Of a stretch of 64,000 bases of DNA, positions 35,683-58,534 are shown piece by piece. Source of the DNA: the human T2T-CHM13v2.0 reference genome, Homo sapiens. The stretch lies in assembly GCF_009914755.1 (NCBI RefSeq), contig NC_060941.1, one strand, 5' to 3'. Position 1 is the first letter of the stretch. The number at the start of each line of letters is the position of its first letter. The translations under genes and the position numbers were made by a program. Below the pieces are notes generated by a model, which worked only from the letters and a program-made list of their open reading frames with translations, ran no database searches and was not told where the DNA came from.

Positions 35683-35700
35683 AGCTCCCTCTAGTGGCTA
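35683..35700 (-). promoter_or_regulatory. CTCF motif
   Basis: Minus strand TAGCCACTAGAGGGAGCT matches the CCACYAGRKGGCRS core closely. Confidence 0.6.
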
Positions 35701-36944
35701 AGTGATTTTCCCTAGCACTTACCAATGGAGAGCAGTACAGCATGTTGTAAAAAAACCAAACAAACAAACAAAAAAAATTAAGACCTATTTCTACAAGTTG
35801 TTTTTGTTCAAAGTGCATTTGGTGGAGATGAGTATAGCATCCTAGAGAAGCTGTTTCCACTATCTTCATGTCCACAGTTCTACCAATAGTTGGCACTTAT
35901 AAGTTGTCTGGTAACAGAAGTCTGATGCTTTTTAACCCGATGCTTGAGTATCAAGCTGAACTAAGTGTTGTTTTGCTTACCTAAACAGTAAACTTCTTAT
36001 GAAAAGTCATGAATGACTTTTCACCCCCTGAAATCCCAGCCTAGCACCTATTAAAATGTTGTAAATTACAAATGTTATATTTGCCTAAATTAACTTCTAT
36101 ATGACAGAGTCATTTATTCAATTTTTATTCTGTGCATTAATGAAGCACGGAGTGATTTTTATAATAATTAAAAAATCCTTCCTTTAATCACTACAAGCTC
36201 ACAAGAACCCTCAGGGTTGTTAGGCATTAGCTTTCAAAGCTACCAAGAAGCACCGTGAAGGTCTCAATAACAGGAATAAGTACTGGTTTAAGTATACTAT
36301 AATCTCTTGGGGTTTGTTTAAAGCAAGTTACTTTTGGCAGCATTACTATTCATTCAATAGACAATCACGATAGACATAATGAACAGATGTTTCCTGATAA
36401 TCTCTTTACTTCATGCCAATCCCAGCTTTTCCTATAGGATCTAATTGGTCAATGTTCCTTTAAGTACTGATACAGAAACAATAACTCAAAAGAATGTTGT
36501 ATTGTACACTCTAGGATGCCTGAGTATTTGCTTCAATGGGATATAATTGTTGAGTCCACTATTACAACAGAATGTAAAGAAATGTGGGCCATACCTTTTT
36601 TTCTTGTGGCTGCTTCAGCCTAAAAAGATGGGGGAACTTAAAATTCAATCAACAAAGGATTCACAATAACAGGTTTTTCAGTCAAGACACCCCAGTTACA
36701 GACAAAAGCATTAGGCCTGTGTATGCTAGTACAGTTCCTACAATCCCTTATATGAACTCTTTGGAGACAGACATATCTGGGATTCAGAGCTGTATGCACT
36801 TTATGAGGTACATATATACCCTGTATTACATAAAACCCTCAGCAAAGTCTGTGGCAACTGTGCAATGAATAATGAAGTTCAACAGGAAACAGTTTAGTCA
36901 CACTAAGTGCAAAATGAAGGCAGCAATTCTGGTCAGGGTTCACA

Positions 36945-36950
36945 TTTAAT
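36945..36950 (-). terminator. Candidate distal SRSF1 polyadenylation signal (ATTAAA)
   Basis: tttaat on + strand at the end of the long AT-rich 3'UTR-like tract. Confidence 0.5.
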
Positions 36951-38737
36951 TAGCTCAACAACAGAAAATCTTTTGTTTTCGTAGTTTTTGGATTTCAAAA
37001 AATGGATAAGAGACTGTAATCTGTTTTCTGCGTTTGCAGTCTTCATACTGTGATGGAAATAATGGTTATGTTACAACAGAACTTCAGTCTAACAGTTTCT
37101 CATCTTTTAATACTATTTATGGTAAATACATATATATAACTTACTTGCAATTTAAATTACAAAATTCATATACAAAGTAAGCAAAAAGGCACACATAAGA
37201 AATCCACCTTGACCACAGAAATGTGAAAACACCAGCCCTAATGACCAAGACAATGTTTCAAAGACAACAAACACCAAGAAAAGTTGAGATTCTACAATAA
37301 ATCATATTAAACGCAAGCACTATGATGCACAGACGTGAGCACTGAATATTTACTAAAGCATAAAACTTAGGAAAAATCATTTTACGGGGAATCTATTCAT
37401 ATTCCAAACAGCATTTTAAAAAACATTAAACTTAGCTTAGTTTTAAAAACAAAATTCAGACCCAAACAATCAAGAACCAGAAAATGGGTTTCTTACCTTT
37501 TGTTTCCAGTAGGATGTGGGCTGAACAGCAAGGTGGGTTATTCAATCTGATGTTATGAAAAGTAATTGCTTCTTAAAGAGACTTAAGTTTTTCCTTGGTT
37601 AGAAAATAATTATAGGCTCCCTAAAATATTCTAAGGGGACATAAATAGGGAGAAGAGGGGGAAATTCCAAGACAGCTTTTGTAGTTTCAAAAGGGTGTAA
37701 CTTTCTTCTAATAATTGCCAATACGGATAGAGACCTAAAGGTCCATTTTCTGAGACTATAAATAGGAGCAGTCCATACTTCCCATCACAGCTTTTAGCTG
37801 TCTGGTCATCTTAACTACAAAACCTATGCCCCTTTACCTAAGTAAACATTAGATCCTCTCTAATCTTCAAATTCAGCCTGTATAACAAGGAATACTGTCT
37901 CATTTCAATGTGAGGTTAGAATTACTATAACTTTTAGTAGAGCACATCTTTCAACTTTAAACACTCAAACTTGAGTGAAGGCCATTTACATTTTTTGGTC
38001 ATTTCCAAAACATTCAATGAACACAAATGAACCAAAGTTTACTTAAGTCTAGCTCACATTAACCTTCCAAAATTATCATTAATCATTTATTTTCCCTTTA
38101 ATAATCTGATGAATTTTTAAAATGTTCTACACATAAAACTTCTTAGAATTTCAAGAATGTCATGTAAAATTATTCAAATTTTTAAACAGTAAATCTGCCT
38201 TTTGGCCATTACATTGAATTCTTAGATAAAAAGAGCTACATCCTTAAACTTACACTAAGTACTTAGTGAAATTCTGCATTCAACTTAACATCCCCTCTTC
38301 CCAACATTCCACAACGTTCATTAAAATCTACCGATTGGGGTGACCTTACACATTTCTTCCACTACCAAGATTTCTGGTTTTCCTTAGGTTTTTAATTGTC
38401 ACCCAAATAATCACCTTAAATTCAACTTCCAACTATGATTAGCACCCAAGGGAAATGTTAAAGTCTATTTATTTTAGGTCCCCTCCCCCAACCTAAATAG
38501 TACCAAGGGGCTGTCAGTAGACAAATACAAGAAGTAGCAGGCTAAAAGTTTTTAACTGCTTTGGTAGAGAACACCAAAGTTTTTGGTACAAAATAATCTT
38601 ATGGTTGGAGAAGGGCTTATAAGGCAAAATTCTAAATGCCCAGCTTTTTATTAACAATGATTCATCCAAAGAAGCAGTTAATCTTGTGCACTCTTCCCTT
38701 TCAAAAAAGAAATGAGACTTGGGTTAAAAGTTCTACA

Positions 38738-39032
38738 GGCTGAGCATGGTGGCTCACACCTGTAATCCTAACACTTTGGGAGGCCAAGGCAGGCAGATCA
38801 CTTGAGGCCAGGAGTTTTGGGACCAGCCTGGGTAACACAGAGAAACCACATCTCTACTAAAAATACAAAATTAGCCGGGCAAGGGTGGCACACACTTGTA
38901 GTCTCAGCTACTTGGGAGACTGAGGCACGAGAATCACTCAAATCCAGGGGTGGAGGTTGCAGTGAGCCTAGATCACACCACTGCCCTCCAGTCTGGAGAA
39001 CAGAGCGAGACTCTGTCTCAAAAACAAAAAAC
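38738..39032 (+). mobile_element. Alu within the long SRSF1 3'UTR (antisense to the mRNA)
   Basis: Diverged dimer; TSD agttcta. Confidence 0.9.
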
Positions 39033-39517
39033 AGTTCTAATACATCTGTGCTGATGTTAACATTTAATACTTACCTTTTTTTGAGATGAGTTTCATTGAG
39101 AATATCAAAAGCTATCTCCAAGTGAACATTAGTAGCCATCAACCAATTTTGCACAAAAGCCTATGTTGTCTATGACCACCAGAAAATAAGCAGCATCTAT
39201 AGTTTTTTAACCACTTTATAACAAAGTAGAGAAGCTTATCTTTCAGATGCTAGATCCATCCCCCACCGTCATTTACCAAGTTACATACACAAATGCCTTA
39301 TTCTCCCCTTTTGCTTTCCCCTGAAGACTTTTACAATTAACAATAAAAGATGGCTAATACCATTAGATTGCCTTTTAAGAACTTTTAATTTGCTAACACA
39401 TTAACACAAGAGTCAAAATCTTATCTTACTTAACAATTTAAAGATTAACTGATAGACCCAGTTAGAATCTTACATGAAGAGGAAAAAGGACAACCATGCA
39501 TAGTTTTTTAAAAAATG

Positions 39518-39523
39518 TTTATT
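39518..39523 (-). terminator. SRSF1 proximal/major polyadenylation signal (AATAAA)
   Basis: tttatt on + strand, followed on the minus strand by GU/U-rich TGCATGGTTGTCCTTTTT. Confidence 0.7.
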
Positions 39524-40009
39524 TTTTCAAAGAAAACGGCAATAGCCAATTGGAAACCTACTTATTCTTCAACTCCAATTTTGTTTTCTTTAAATTTAGA
39601 AGTGACTTACTGATTTACTATTTTAAACAAACCCCCCCTTTCCCCTTTAAATGTTTACCATCTACTCGTGCTGAATCCTTCCAAGGAGATTGCTCCAGCG
39701 TTTATCTCCAGGTCCTCGCTTTGCTCCTTTTACCAAAAAACGCAAAACACAATTCCATCGTGCATCTTAAGGGCTCCAATCGTCAAAAATAGGAAAAAAA
39801 AAATCTTTGGAATAGCCAATTAAGTTGAATAAAAAAATCCACACGAATGCGGTTTGGTTGGGGCAGGAATCCACTCCTATGTTCCTGGTAATCTGATCCC
39901 GCTCCATGAATCCTGGTAATTCATCCTCCCTATCCTATCCACATTATGATTTGAATCCAATGATCCAGCTCCAAGGATTGGGATCCAGTGAGCCCTCTCC
40001 AATCCAAAC

Positions 40010-40930
40010 CTTTATAACCAGCAAAACCAAAAAAGAGGAGGCAAAATGTTAGATACTGTAATCAAAAAAGGTTTCTGGGGAATGATGAGTTATGTCTGTC
40101 ATCAGTTTAACAGATGCACATCAATAACTATCAAATTCCCCAAAACAAGTTTCTGAATGGTGTTCAGATAAATTTTAGAAACTTAATCATCATAGAGACT
40201 AATTGGAAGAAGCATTTTGTATTTACAGTTCAACTGATAATGCCAACACTTGTTACTGTACAGCGTATTACAGGTTTCGTGGTTGCAAGAAGTTACGTAA
40301 TTTAAGTTTACTGGCATTGCTACCCACCTAAGTCTAAAACTAAATCTAATGCTCCCATTTGCAATTTAATTTGTAAATTAAAGTCTTTTAAACATATGAA
40401 CCAATTATGAATATTAGTTTAAAGGGGAAGGTGAGACTTAAAAGTATTCCCAACTAGATTATCTACACCAATACATTGGAACTCTATATTTTGCTTTCAT
40501 TTTGTCTTAAAAAAATGAAATAGCAACGCTCTATCAGTCACACAGAGGACATGCAGATTTAGCAGTATTGATATTATACTCTATCTTGTTGGATTTAAAA
40601 ACACCCTGTACCCACATGTACACCAACAGCAGGTCACACATTAACAGTTGTAACTAAGCACTGTGACAAATTAGCCAGTTCTTCCCACATTAGTCCCTAT
40701 TAAAACAAAAATGGGGGGAAGGGAGCAAAATAAGTTGCTACAAAATGGGCAATATAATTTTGCCACAATTGCCAAGGTTTAAAAAGCAAAGCAATTGTAG
40801 CTAAAGACAACTGAATAAAATGTTTGCAAGTGTTTTAAGGAAAATGTATATAATCATTTTTAACCCCTGCCTTTTAGTATAAGGTCAATACTGCCAATTT
40901 CATCTGTGACAATAGCACTTGGAGTCATAC
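40010..40930 (-). other. SRSF1: SRSF1 921-nt alternative 3'UTR intron (NMD-inducing when spliced)
   Basis: GTATGA...cctcttttttggttttgctggttataaAG; junction far more than 55 nt after the stop; fits known SR-protein autoregulation. Confidence 0.8.
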
Positions 40931-41049
40931 CATTGCCTCCATTATTGATCTGATCCTCCTCAATCCTCCTTTTGACAATCCTAAAATGATTGAAATGTGC
41001 TCCACAATCCTTAATCCAAAGCATTCTTAATCCATCTCTTCAGATATGT
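40931..41049 (-). other. SRSF1: SRSF1 3'UTR internal exon (119 nt) between optional 3'UTR introns
   Basis: tgtctttctgtag| acceptor at 41050, ATG|gtatga donor at 40930; upstream donor TTG|gtgaca at 41405. Confidence 0.8.
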
Positions 41050-41413
41050 CTACAGAAAGACACATGAAAAGCAAGATAAACATAAGAACTTCCCCAGGTA
41101 AGATAACCACAAACACCCCCAACATCCCAGTTCACACAAACCAGGGCAGATAGACATTTACACAATATCACAGTCTGAAGAGTATGGAGTTAACTAAATT
41201 TAAACAATCCTGTCTATGACATCACTTAAAATACAATTTATCAAAGACACGAAGGGAATGTAGATGTTAGGAGCAAGGGGATATTACAAGAATGCAATTC
41301 AACACTTTAGCCCATTCTGAACAAAACAGTTTGAATTAAAAAATGAAAAGATTGTACTGAATAAAGGAAAACTGTATACAACATGGGTTCTACAAAAAGT
41401 GTCACCAATCATC

Positions 41414-41608
41414 TTATGTACGAGAGCGAGATCTGCTATGACGGGGAGAATAGCGTGGTGATCCTCTGCTTCTCCTTGGGGAGTAACTGCGACTCCTGCT
41501 GTTGCTTCTGCTACGGCTTCTGCTACGACTACGGCTTCGAGATCGAGATCTTCCATAACTTGGACTTCTGGGCCCATCAACTTTAACCCGGATGTAGGCA
41601 GTTTCTCC
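41414..41608 (-). CDS. SRSF1: SRSF1 exon 4 coding part (RS domain to TAA)
   Basis: aatag|GGA GAA ACT; RSRSRS repeats; the four exons total 747 nt = 248 aa + stop. Confidence 0.99.
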   Translation of the reverse strand, partial: GETAYIRVKVDGPRSPSYGRSRSRSRSRSRSRSRSNSRSRSYSPRRSRGSPRYSPRHSRSRSRT

Positions 41609-41808
41609 CTATTGGATAGACAGAACTTTCCATTGAAAGATCTAAGCTTTCATCTATCTTCAGACATGCTGAATGAATACAATGTAACTAAAACCAGAAA
41701 TCTGGCAATTTACTTGGACAACCTTGCCTGAATCCTTACCTTGAAATTCCACTGTTAAGACCACTGTATCCAATTCTGGTCAAAGAAAAGAATACGTGTA
41801 TAACCTAC

Positions 41809-41981
41809 CTCATGAGATCTAAACTTAGTGTTATCCAGTTTTCGAACTGCATAGGTCATATCTTCTTTCCGTACAAACTCCACGACACCAGTGCCATCTC
41901 GGTAAACATCAGCATAACATACATCACCTGCTTCACGCATGTGATCCTTTAAATCCTGCCAACTTCCACTTGGAGGCAGTC
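41809..41981 (-). CDS. SRSF1: SRSF1 exon 3 (pseudo-RRM2, SWQDLKD)
   Basis: tttttcag| acceptor, GAG|gtaggt donor; 173 nt. Confidence 0.99.
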
Positions 41982-42350
41982 CTGAAAAAGTGATTTTTTT
42001 TTTCTTAGTACCAATTATCTTAAATTTCACGTTAAGCTGGTAAGGTACATTAGGACAAAGAGTACTTTAAAGTACTTAATAGGTGTACTTAAGTGATACC
42101 AGGTAAAGAGAGCTGGTAAGATTCTGGAATCCAGAGTCCAAAATTATTTGTAACGATCTTCGTATCTAGTACCGCAACCTAATTTGGTAAATCACCACAG
42201 CAGCAATCCTCGTTTATTAAATTCACCCAAAAACTAAAGCAATTTAAGACCTAGCATGAAAAATTTGCAATTATTAAACCTGTCACGCAAGAGAAAAATT
42301 TTAGGTAGTTTTCGTCCCTTCACATCAATCCACACAACCAGTACACTCAC

Positions 42351-42535
42351 CAGAGACAACCACTCTGTTTTCAGACCGCCTGGATGGGGGGCCATAGCGA
42401 CCTCGGGGAGCTCCGCCACCTCCACCCCCGCCGCCGCCTCGGCCTGTTCCACGGCCGCTTCGAGGAAACTCCACCCGCAGACGGTACCCATCGTAATCAT
42501 AGCCGTCGCGACCATACACCGCGTCTTCCGCGTCT
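42351..42535 (-). CDS. SRSF1: SRSF1 exon 2 (end of RRM1, Gly linker)
   Basis: cgcag| acceptor, G|gtgagt donor; [36 protein letters not shown]...; 185 nt. Confidence 0.99.
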
Positions 42536-42951
42536 CTGCGGGATCGCAGAAAGTAAAAGGGATGAGAAACACCAGGAGGAAAAGCTCGCTCAGTTGGGAA
42601 CCAGCAAACCCCCCGCACATGCGCACCCAACGTGGAAGAGCCCACATGCGCCGCATAATAGGAATGGCCCCTCCCCCACCCAGAAACACGCCAGGCTCCC
42701 AACCACTACACCAGCCCTCAGCGCCTCAGTTTCCCGCTCCAGCCTGCGAATGGGCTCCGGGGACGTCCAAGGCGAGGCGCCAGAGAAGCCACATCAACTC
42801 AGCTCCTTACTCGACTCCTGCATGGGCGATACAGTCTCGCCCCAACCTCTCTAAGAGCCCCCGCTTCCCCGTTCTCTATGTTAAGGCCTTGGAGCCTTCC
42901 CCAACTACTCGGACCTATTTCCTCAAGGCTGCAAGCCCCATGCCGCCTCAC

Positions 42952-43145
42952 CGCGGGTCCTCGAACTCAACGAAGGCGAAGGGCGGTCCCCCGCGGCGAT
43001 TCTTGAGGTCGATGTCGCGGATAGCGCCGTATTTGTAGAACACGTCCTCAATGTCCTTGGTTCGGATGTCTGGAGGTAAGTTACCCACGTAGATGCGGCA
43101 ATCGTTGTTCCCTGCGGGGCCACGAATCACACCACCTCCCGACAT
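42952..43145 (-). CDS. SRSF1: SRSF1 (ASF/SF2) coding exon 1, RRM1
   Basis: ACCGCC-ATG; [40 protein letters not shown]...; CG|gtgagg donor; 194 nt. Confidence 0.99.
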
Positions 43146-44415
43146 GGCGGTGACGAAAAGCGCGGACTCGAGAACAGGCCTTCCCACCAAGCCTAGCGCA
43201 CGGCAGAGCGAGCCCGCAGCGGCACCACGTCTCCCGCGGCCCCTCCAAAATGGCGCCTTTATCAGCTCGGCGCACGGATATGGGGGGGAGACAGAGGAAG
43301 AGAAGCGGAAGGAAACAGCGATTCGATCCCAACACGCACGCGCGGGAGCGCAACGGGTGCTGCGAGGGCTACGTTCAGCGCACGCGCACGCACGCGCGAC
43401 GTCACCCTCCCCACGAAGGGGGTAAAAAAGTCCCCCGCGTTCCCAGCTTGGGGTGGTTTGCGAACAGAGTGACCAGCCGTTTGGTAAAAGTTAAATAACG
43501 AACTTTCGTTAAAGGAGCTAGTCATCCAGGTCGGGTCTTGAAGGATGGTCGATTTCTCCAGGAATGAGGATCTTTGAAAGCAACTCGGCGCCTTCAAAGC
43601 ACTTGGTGAAACCTAGCCTAAAGCGTTGTCCCACCATGCTCTGCGGCGATAACGGCCTTTGGCGGGAAAGAGTCTCGGAGGCGGGGCCAAAGGGGGACGG
43701 CCCGGGCGGTTGCTCCGGAAACCCGGGTATCTTCGTAGGGTGCGTCTAATCCAGAGCTGAGTTGCGGGTGATTGAACGGAGAGCTGGGGCGTTGGTTTGT
43801 CTTCCCGCCCCTGCTGCGAATAGACCGTGGCTGCTTAGACAGATGTGTCTAATTTAGCGAAACCGATTTAGATTCCTTAATCCTCTTCATTAAGTACCGT
43901 TCCGCCTTCTCGTCAGAACTTTGCATAGCTCGGGTCAGCACTCCTAGTGCTAGTCGCAGTGGGTCCGTATCCCGACCGGCAACGTGGTACCCGCCAACCA
44001 GAAGGGGTAACACCGTACCGCCTATGGGACCCACACCTTTTTATCTCTTGTTAGTCGCCTGTCCGTGGGACTAGCGCAGAATGCCTGCAGAATGAATCGT
44101 TTCTGTTGTTTCCTTTCAAAGAACGAGAAGGAAGAAAGGGTGCGTGTGTGCAGTCCTTTTTTCAAAAGTTTTCCCTAAAAGTTACTGATACACCAGGTTT
44201 TGAAAATACCGGTCCTCTCAGGTAATAAAATGGAGCAAAATGGATGTGAGAACCGTAACCACTAGATACCGCGGTTGCTATTCAGGACTGTGATCCTGTT
44301 TGCCTGCGGCATTGGGAGATAACATTTTACATTTTTTTTCGACGTCTGAAATCTGGATTTTTATGTGAAATCCTGGGATTTTTAAACGTCGCTAATGAAT
44401 TAAAATTCAAATCAG

Positions 44416-47172
<2,757 letters not shown>

Positions 47173-47983
47173 TAATGCAGTAATTTCTGATTTTGTTCAG
47201 TTCAGCACAGTACAAAGTAAAACTTAATTGAGAGTGAATAGGACATTCTTATTTCTGTTGGCATCTTTTTTTGTATTTGAATGTAACCAACTGTTCTGGA
47301 GTTGATGATGAGGTCAGTATATGGCAGGAAAAGTCTTGACGGCTGTTTTATCAGGTCTTGCAGGATGGCGTTAGCTTTGTGATGATTACAATTAAGGATG
47401 TTACCAGTTATCCAGAGTTAACATATTTCAGTCCACAAGAGTAAAACATCAAAAAAGCAAGTAAACAATTTATTTGGAAATAAGAACAAAACAAGGTGAA
47501 TCATTTTGAGGGATATTTCATTCAGATCCTGAGACCTGATAAACGATCCCTGCCCCCACAGCAAAGTATTTCTCTCCAAGACAGGAAAATTCACAGCACC
47601 TGGATTCTGTGTCTCTGTTCCTGGGCAGTGCTGGGTAGAGACTGGCAATTATCTTTCTACAGGCTAATCTTCACACAGTTCTCTAAACAATATACTAGAT
47701 GGTTGATTCCTTTTGTGCTGAGCAAATTACAACCACTTCCAGTTTTGCCTCCTAAGATTACATTCTCATCTTAATTGGAGTTTGAGGGTTTTCTAAACTC
47801 CTTAGTTATACATTCACTGGCATTTTTATTAATTGCTGCCACAACCAGCTGATTTAGTAAGCATGGACTTTACCAACTTCATTGTCGGAAGCAACCTAAT
47901 TTTTAACACTATTACTGTTTATTAAAAGTTCCTTCCTCCAAGAGAAACTTTTTAAATACTTTTGATTCAATCCAATAATCTCA

Positions 47984-51163
<3,180 letters not shown>

Positions 51164-51256
51164 TATTAGTGTCAGCACCATACTTTACCCTGGAAATGAT
51201 TACTTGGGGGGTAGGAGAAGAAAGAAATTCAAAGAGTTAACTGCTGTAAGAGCTGA

Positions 51257-54182
<2,926 letters not shown>

Positions 54183-54444
54183 TGATTCTTATGCTGTGAG
54201 TCCTATATAAATGTTAGCTATCTTTATTAATAGTAATAGTGGTATTCTGTGTTACTACTACTATCAAGTATGTTAGAAAATTAATTTTGATAAATTTTTT
54301 AGTTTCAGGTTTTGAGTATGTGACAGTTTTTTCCTCTTTACTCTTTTCAAAAGGTATTCCAGATTAGGTGAGCTAAAAATCTCTCACAGTTACTTTTGTG
54401 TATTTACTTGCAGGACCATTGCAGAGCTTATTAGACCGAGAGCA

Positions 54445-55086
<642 letters not shown>

Positions 55087-57487
55087 TACCAAAAGGAAAA
55101 TAATAACCTGCTTCTGTCATTTGTGCTTAACCTAATTCAAATATTCAGCTTTGTCATGCGTGTCCTTTTCCTCTTGCAGATGTTTCTGTCATGGGTAATA
55201 TATTATTAGTTGTCAACATAAATAATGAACCTTTTCAAGCGATAGGTTGCTAACACGTGTTTCATCAGCCACTACTACAGTTCAGTGATAAGGTACTGAG
55301 AGCTGGTGGAAAGAAATTCTCCTGCCCATCTGCCCAGCCTAGAAGAGGAGGTATTGCTCTACTGCAGTTGATTTCTTTTTCTTTCTTTCTTTCTCTTTCT
55401 TTCTTTCTTTTTTAAGTCTAGTTGATCAAAATTGCTCAATGATGGCAGGTTTCTGTAACCATTCTTGCGTTGAAGTAATGTGGCACACAATGAGTCCATG
55501 ACAGGTTTTGTTCTAAGTAAATATTAGTGTCCACTCACTATGGAATTTGCAAGTGAAATTTCCAAAATGTTCATATTGTTTTTCTACAATACTGGGATCA
55601 TTCACTCTCAGGCTGGTGCTGGTACCACCACCCTGTCCCCAGGAGGCTACTAGATGTGTTTACAGTTTACAGTCCAGACCCATGTCCAGGGGGTCTTTCC
55701 TTGTTTGCCTCCCATCTGTTTCCATGTGGCCAGGAGCCACTCTGCTCACCAGCTGCAATTCACTCCAGGTTAATTTCTGCTCCATCAAATTAAGACTCCA
55801 GGGGAGAAAAAAATTATTTCCCCTGGCTCTGAGTCTCCAGTTTTTTGGAGACCTGAGAGACCCTGTTTACAGATACACACACAGCAAGGGAAGCACATGC
55901 CAGTAGTTCTAGCTACTCAGGATGCTGAGGTGGCGGATCACTGGAGCCCAGAAGTTCCAGGCTGCAGTAAGCTCTAATTGTACCTGCACCCCAGCCTGGC
56001 GACAGAGTGAGACTCTGTCTCAGAAAAAAAAAAAAATATATATATATATATATTTGCATTCAGAAAAAAGGTTTGTTTATAACTTTTCCCAAGAGAAGTG
56101 AGTGTTGCTTTAAATTTGTGCAACTGAAGAGCCTCTTTAGGCAGACTTCCTAACACAAAGGAAACAGTCTGTCCTAAAGAATTATTCAGGTTTTCCACCT
56201 CTATAGATACAATAACTGCTTATCACCTTAGTATACATTTTCTTAGCCTCAACTAAATCCAGGCTAGGAAAATTATAGGCATTTGCCTGGGCACCTTGTT
56301 AATAATGTTATGTCATAATTCTAGTAAGTTTCTTATAAATTCTTAATTACTTTGCAAATACACATAGGAAAATATGGGGCTCTATTTACATTTCCCATCT
56401 GACAATACAGTTTTAAAATTCTCTAATTGCTCTTAAGAAAATATACTTCTCTAGATATTTATACAGGGATTTGTGTTGCCACAAATTTGAATGGCAAAGC
56501 CAATGCCCCCAACAGATTCATTGTCTTCCCCAGAGAGCATCAATCATTGTTGAGCATTTGTCTAAATAAAACACTTGTTTGAGAGCGTGGGCGACATGGC
56601 GAAGCCTTGCCTCTACAAAAAATACAAAAATTAGCTGGGCAATGTGGCACGCGCCTGTGGTCCCAGCTACTTAAGAGGCTGAGGTGGGAGGATCGCTTGA
56701 ACCTGGGAGGTGGAGGTTGCAGCGAGCCAAGATTGCGCCACTGCCCTTCAGCCTGGGCGACAGAGTGATACCCTGTCAAAAAAAAAAAAAAAAAAAAAGT
56801 ACTTGTTTGGGGATGGTATAAATTACTAGAGGTTCTCACCAAGCATGTTTTGCACTGTACTAAGTTATTAATACTAAAACAGTTTCCAAGGTTTACACCA
56901 CTGTAAATAGAAAATAAAGATACCTGTTATCAGCCAGCTTCTGTTAGATAAGGCTGCAGTAATAAACAACTCCAAACATATCAGTGTCTTAAGAAAATAA
57001 CCGAGGTTTGCTTCTTGCTTATGTTACATATTGGTAGCCACGAGTTGGCAGAGGCACAGCCCATGTATCTTATCACTAAAAGGCATGAAAGTGCAGCAGA
57101 AAGATGGGCTTTTAACGAGATGGATTTGGGCTTAAATCCCCAATACCACTTCTTACTTGTGTGATCTTGCATGACTCTCTTAACCTGCTTAAGCCTGTAT
57201 TTCTTCACCTATAAAATGGGGTCAATAATAGCACTTATAGAGCTGTTGTGAAGATTAAATGAAATAACATGGAAATCAACTAGTCGTTGAGTGCCCTGAA
57301 TATAGTAGCACTCTATGCTCTGCGCTACTCTGTGCCCTGCACCATAATAAACAGTGGTTATTATTAAGGCTGCAAAAACCTATCTCCTTGCTTTTTCAAC
57401 ATTTGTGGTTAGACTGATCAACTTTACTCTTCTTTGGAAGAAGGAATAAGATGCGAAATTCAAGTCAGTCTGTCTTATGACTAATTA

Positions 57488-57631
<144 letters not shown>

Positions 57632-57674
57632 TTAGGCAAGCGTGGTAGTGTGTGCCTGCAATCTCAGCTACTCA

Positions 57675-57806
<132 letters not shown>

Positions 57807-58375
57807 TTAAGATGGAGTCTCTCTGTTGCCCAGGCTGGAGTGCAGTGGTGTGATCATAGCTCACTACAGCCTGAAACTCCTGGAATCACATGATCCTTCT
57901 GTCTCAGCCTCCTGAGTAGCTGGAACTACAGCTGTGCATCACCATGTCCCACCCCTGGCTAATTTTTGGGTTTTTTGTAATGAGGGTCTCACCATGTTGC
58001 CCAAGCTGGTCTTGAACTCCTGACTTCATATGATCCTCTTGCCTCAGGCTCCTGATTCACTGGGATTACAAGTGTAAGCCACTAAACCCAGTAGTTTTTC
58101 TTAAGTCTTCAAACTCAACTTACAAATCTTGATAATTATTAATCTAATCCTATGTTATATAAGAAATAAGATTCATTATTTTTACTTGTTCTGTGATTAA
58201 TATTCAACTAATACTTATTTTAAAAAATACTTATATGTAAAAAATTAAATCCCGGCCAGGCCACGGTGGCTCACGCCTGTAATCCCAGCACTCTGGGAGG
58301 CGGAAGCGGGTGGATCACCTGAAATCAGGAGTTCAAGACCAGCCTGACCAACATGGTGAAACCCCATCTCTACTA

Positions 58376-58534
<159 letters not shown>

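Larger units (their letters stand above)
42350..44100. promoter_or_regulatory. SRSF1: SRSF1 CpG-island promoter
   Basis: CpG-rich; YY1 motif CAAAATGGCGCC 43246-43257; CRE-like GACGTCA 43398-43404; non-canonical E-boxes CACGCG at 43337, 43381 and 43391. Confidence 0.92.

Noticed and set aside
41090-41105. U1 snRNA gene or pseudogene
   Set aside because: Similarity is limited to about 10 nt of the U1 5' end; no U1 stem-loops or Sm site follow
42256-43038. 260-aa antisense ORF over SRSF1 exons 1-2
   Set aside because: GC-rich shadow of the real gene, with no recognisable domain
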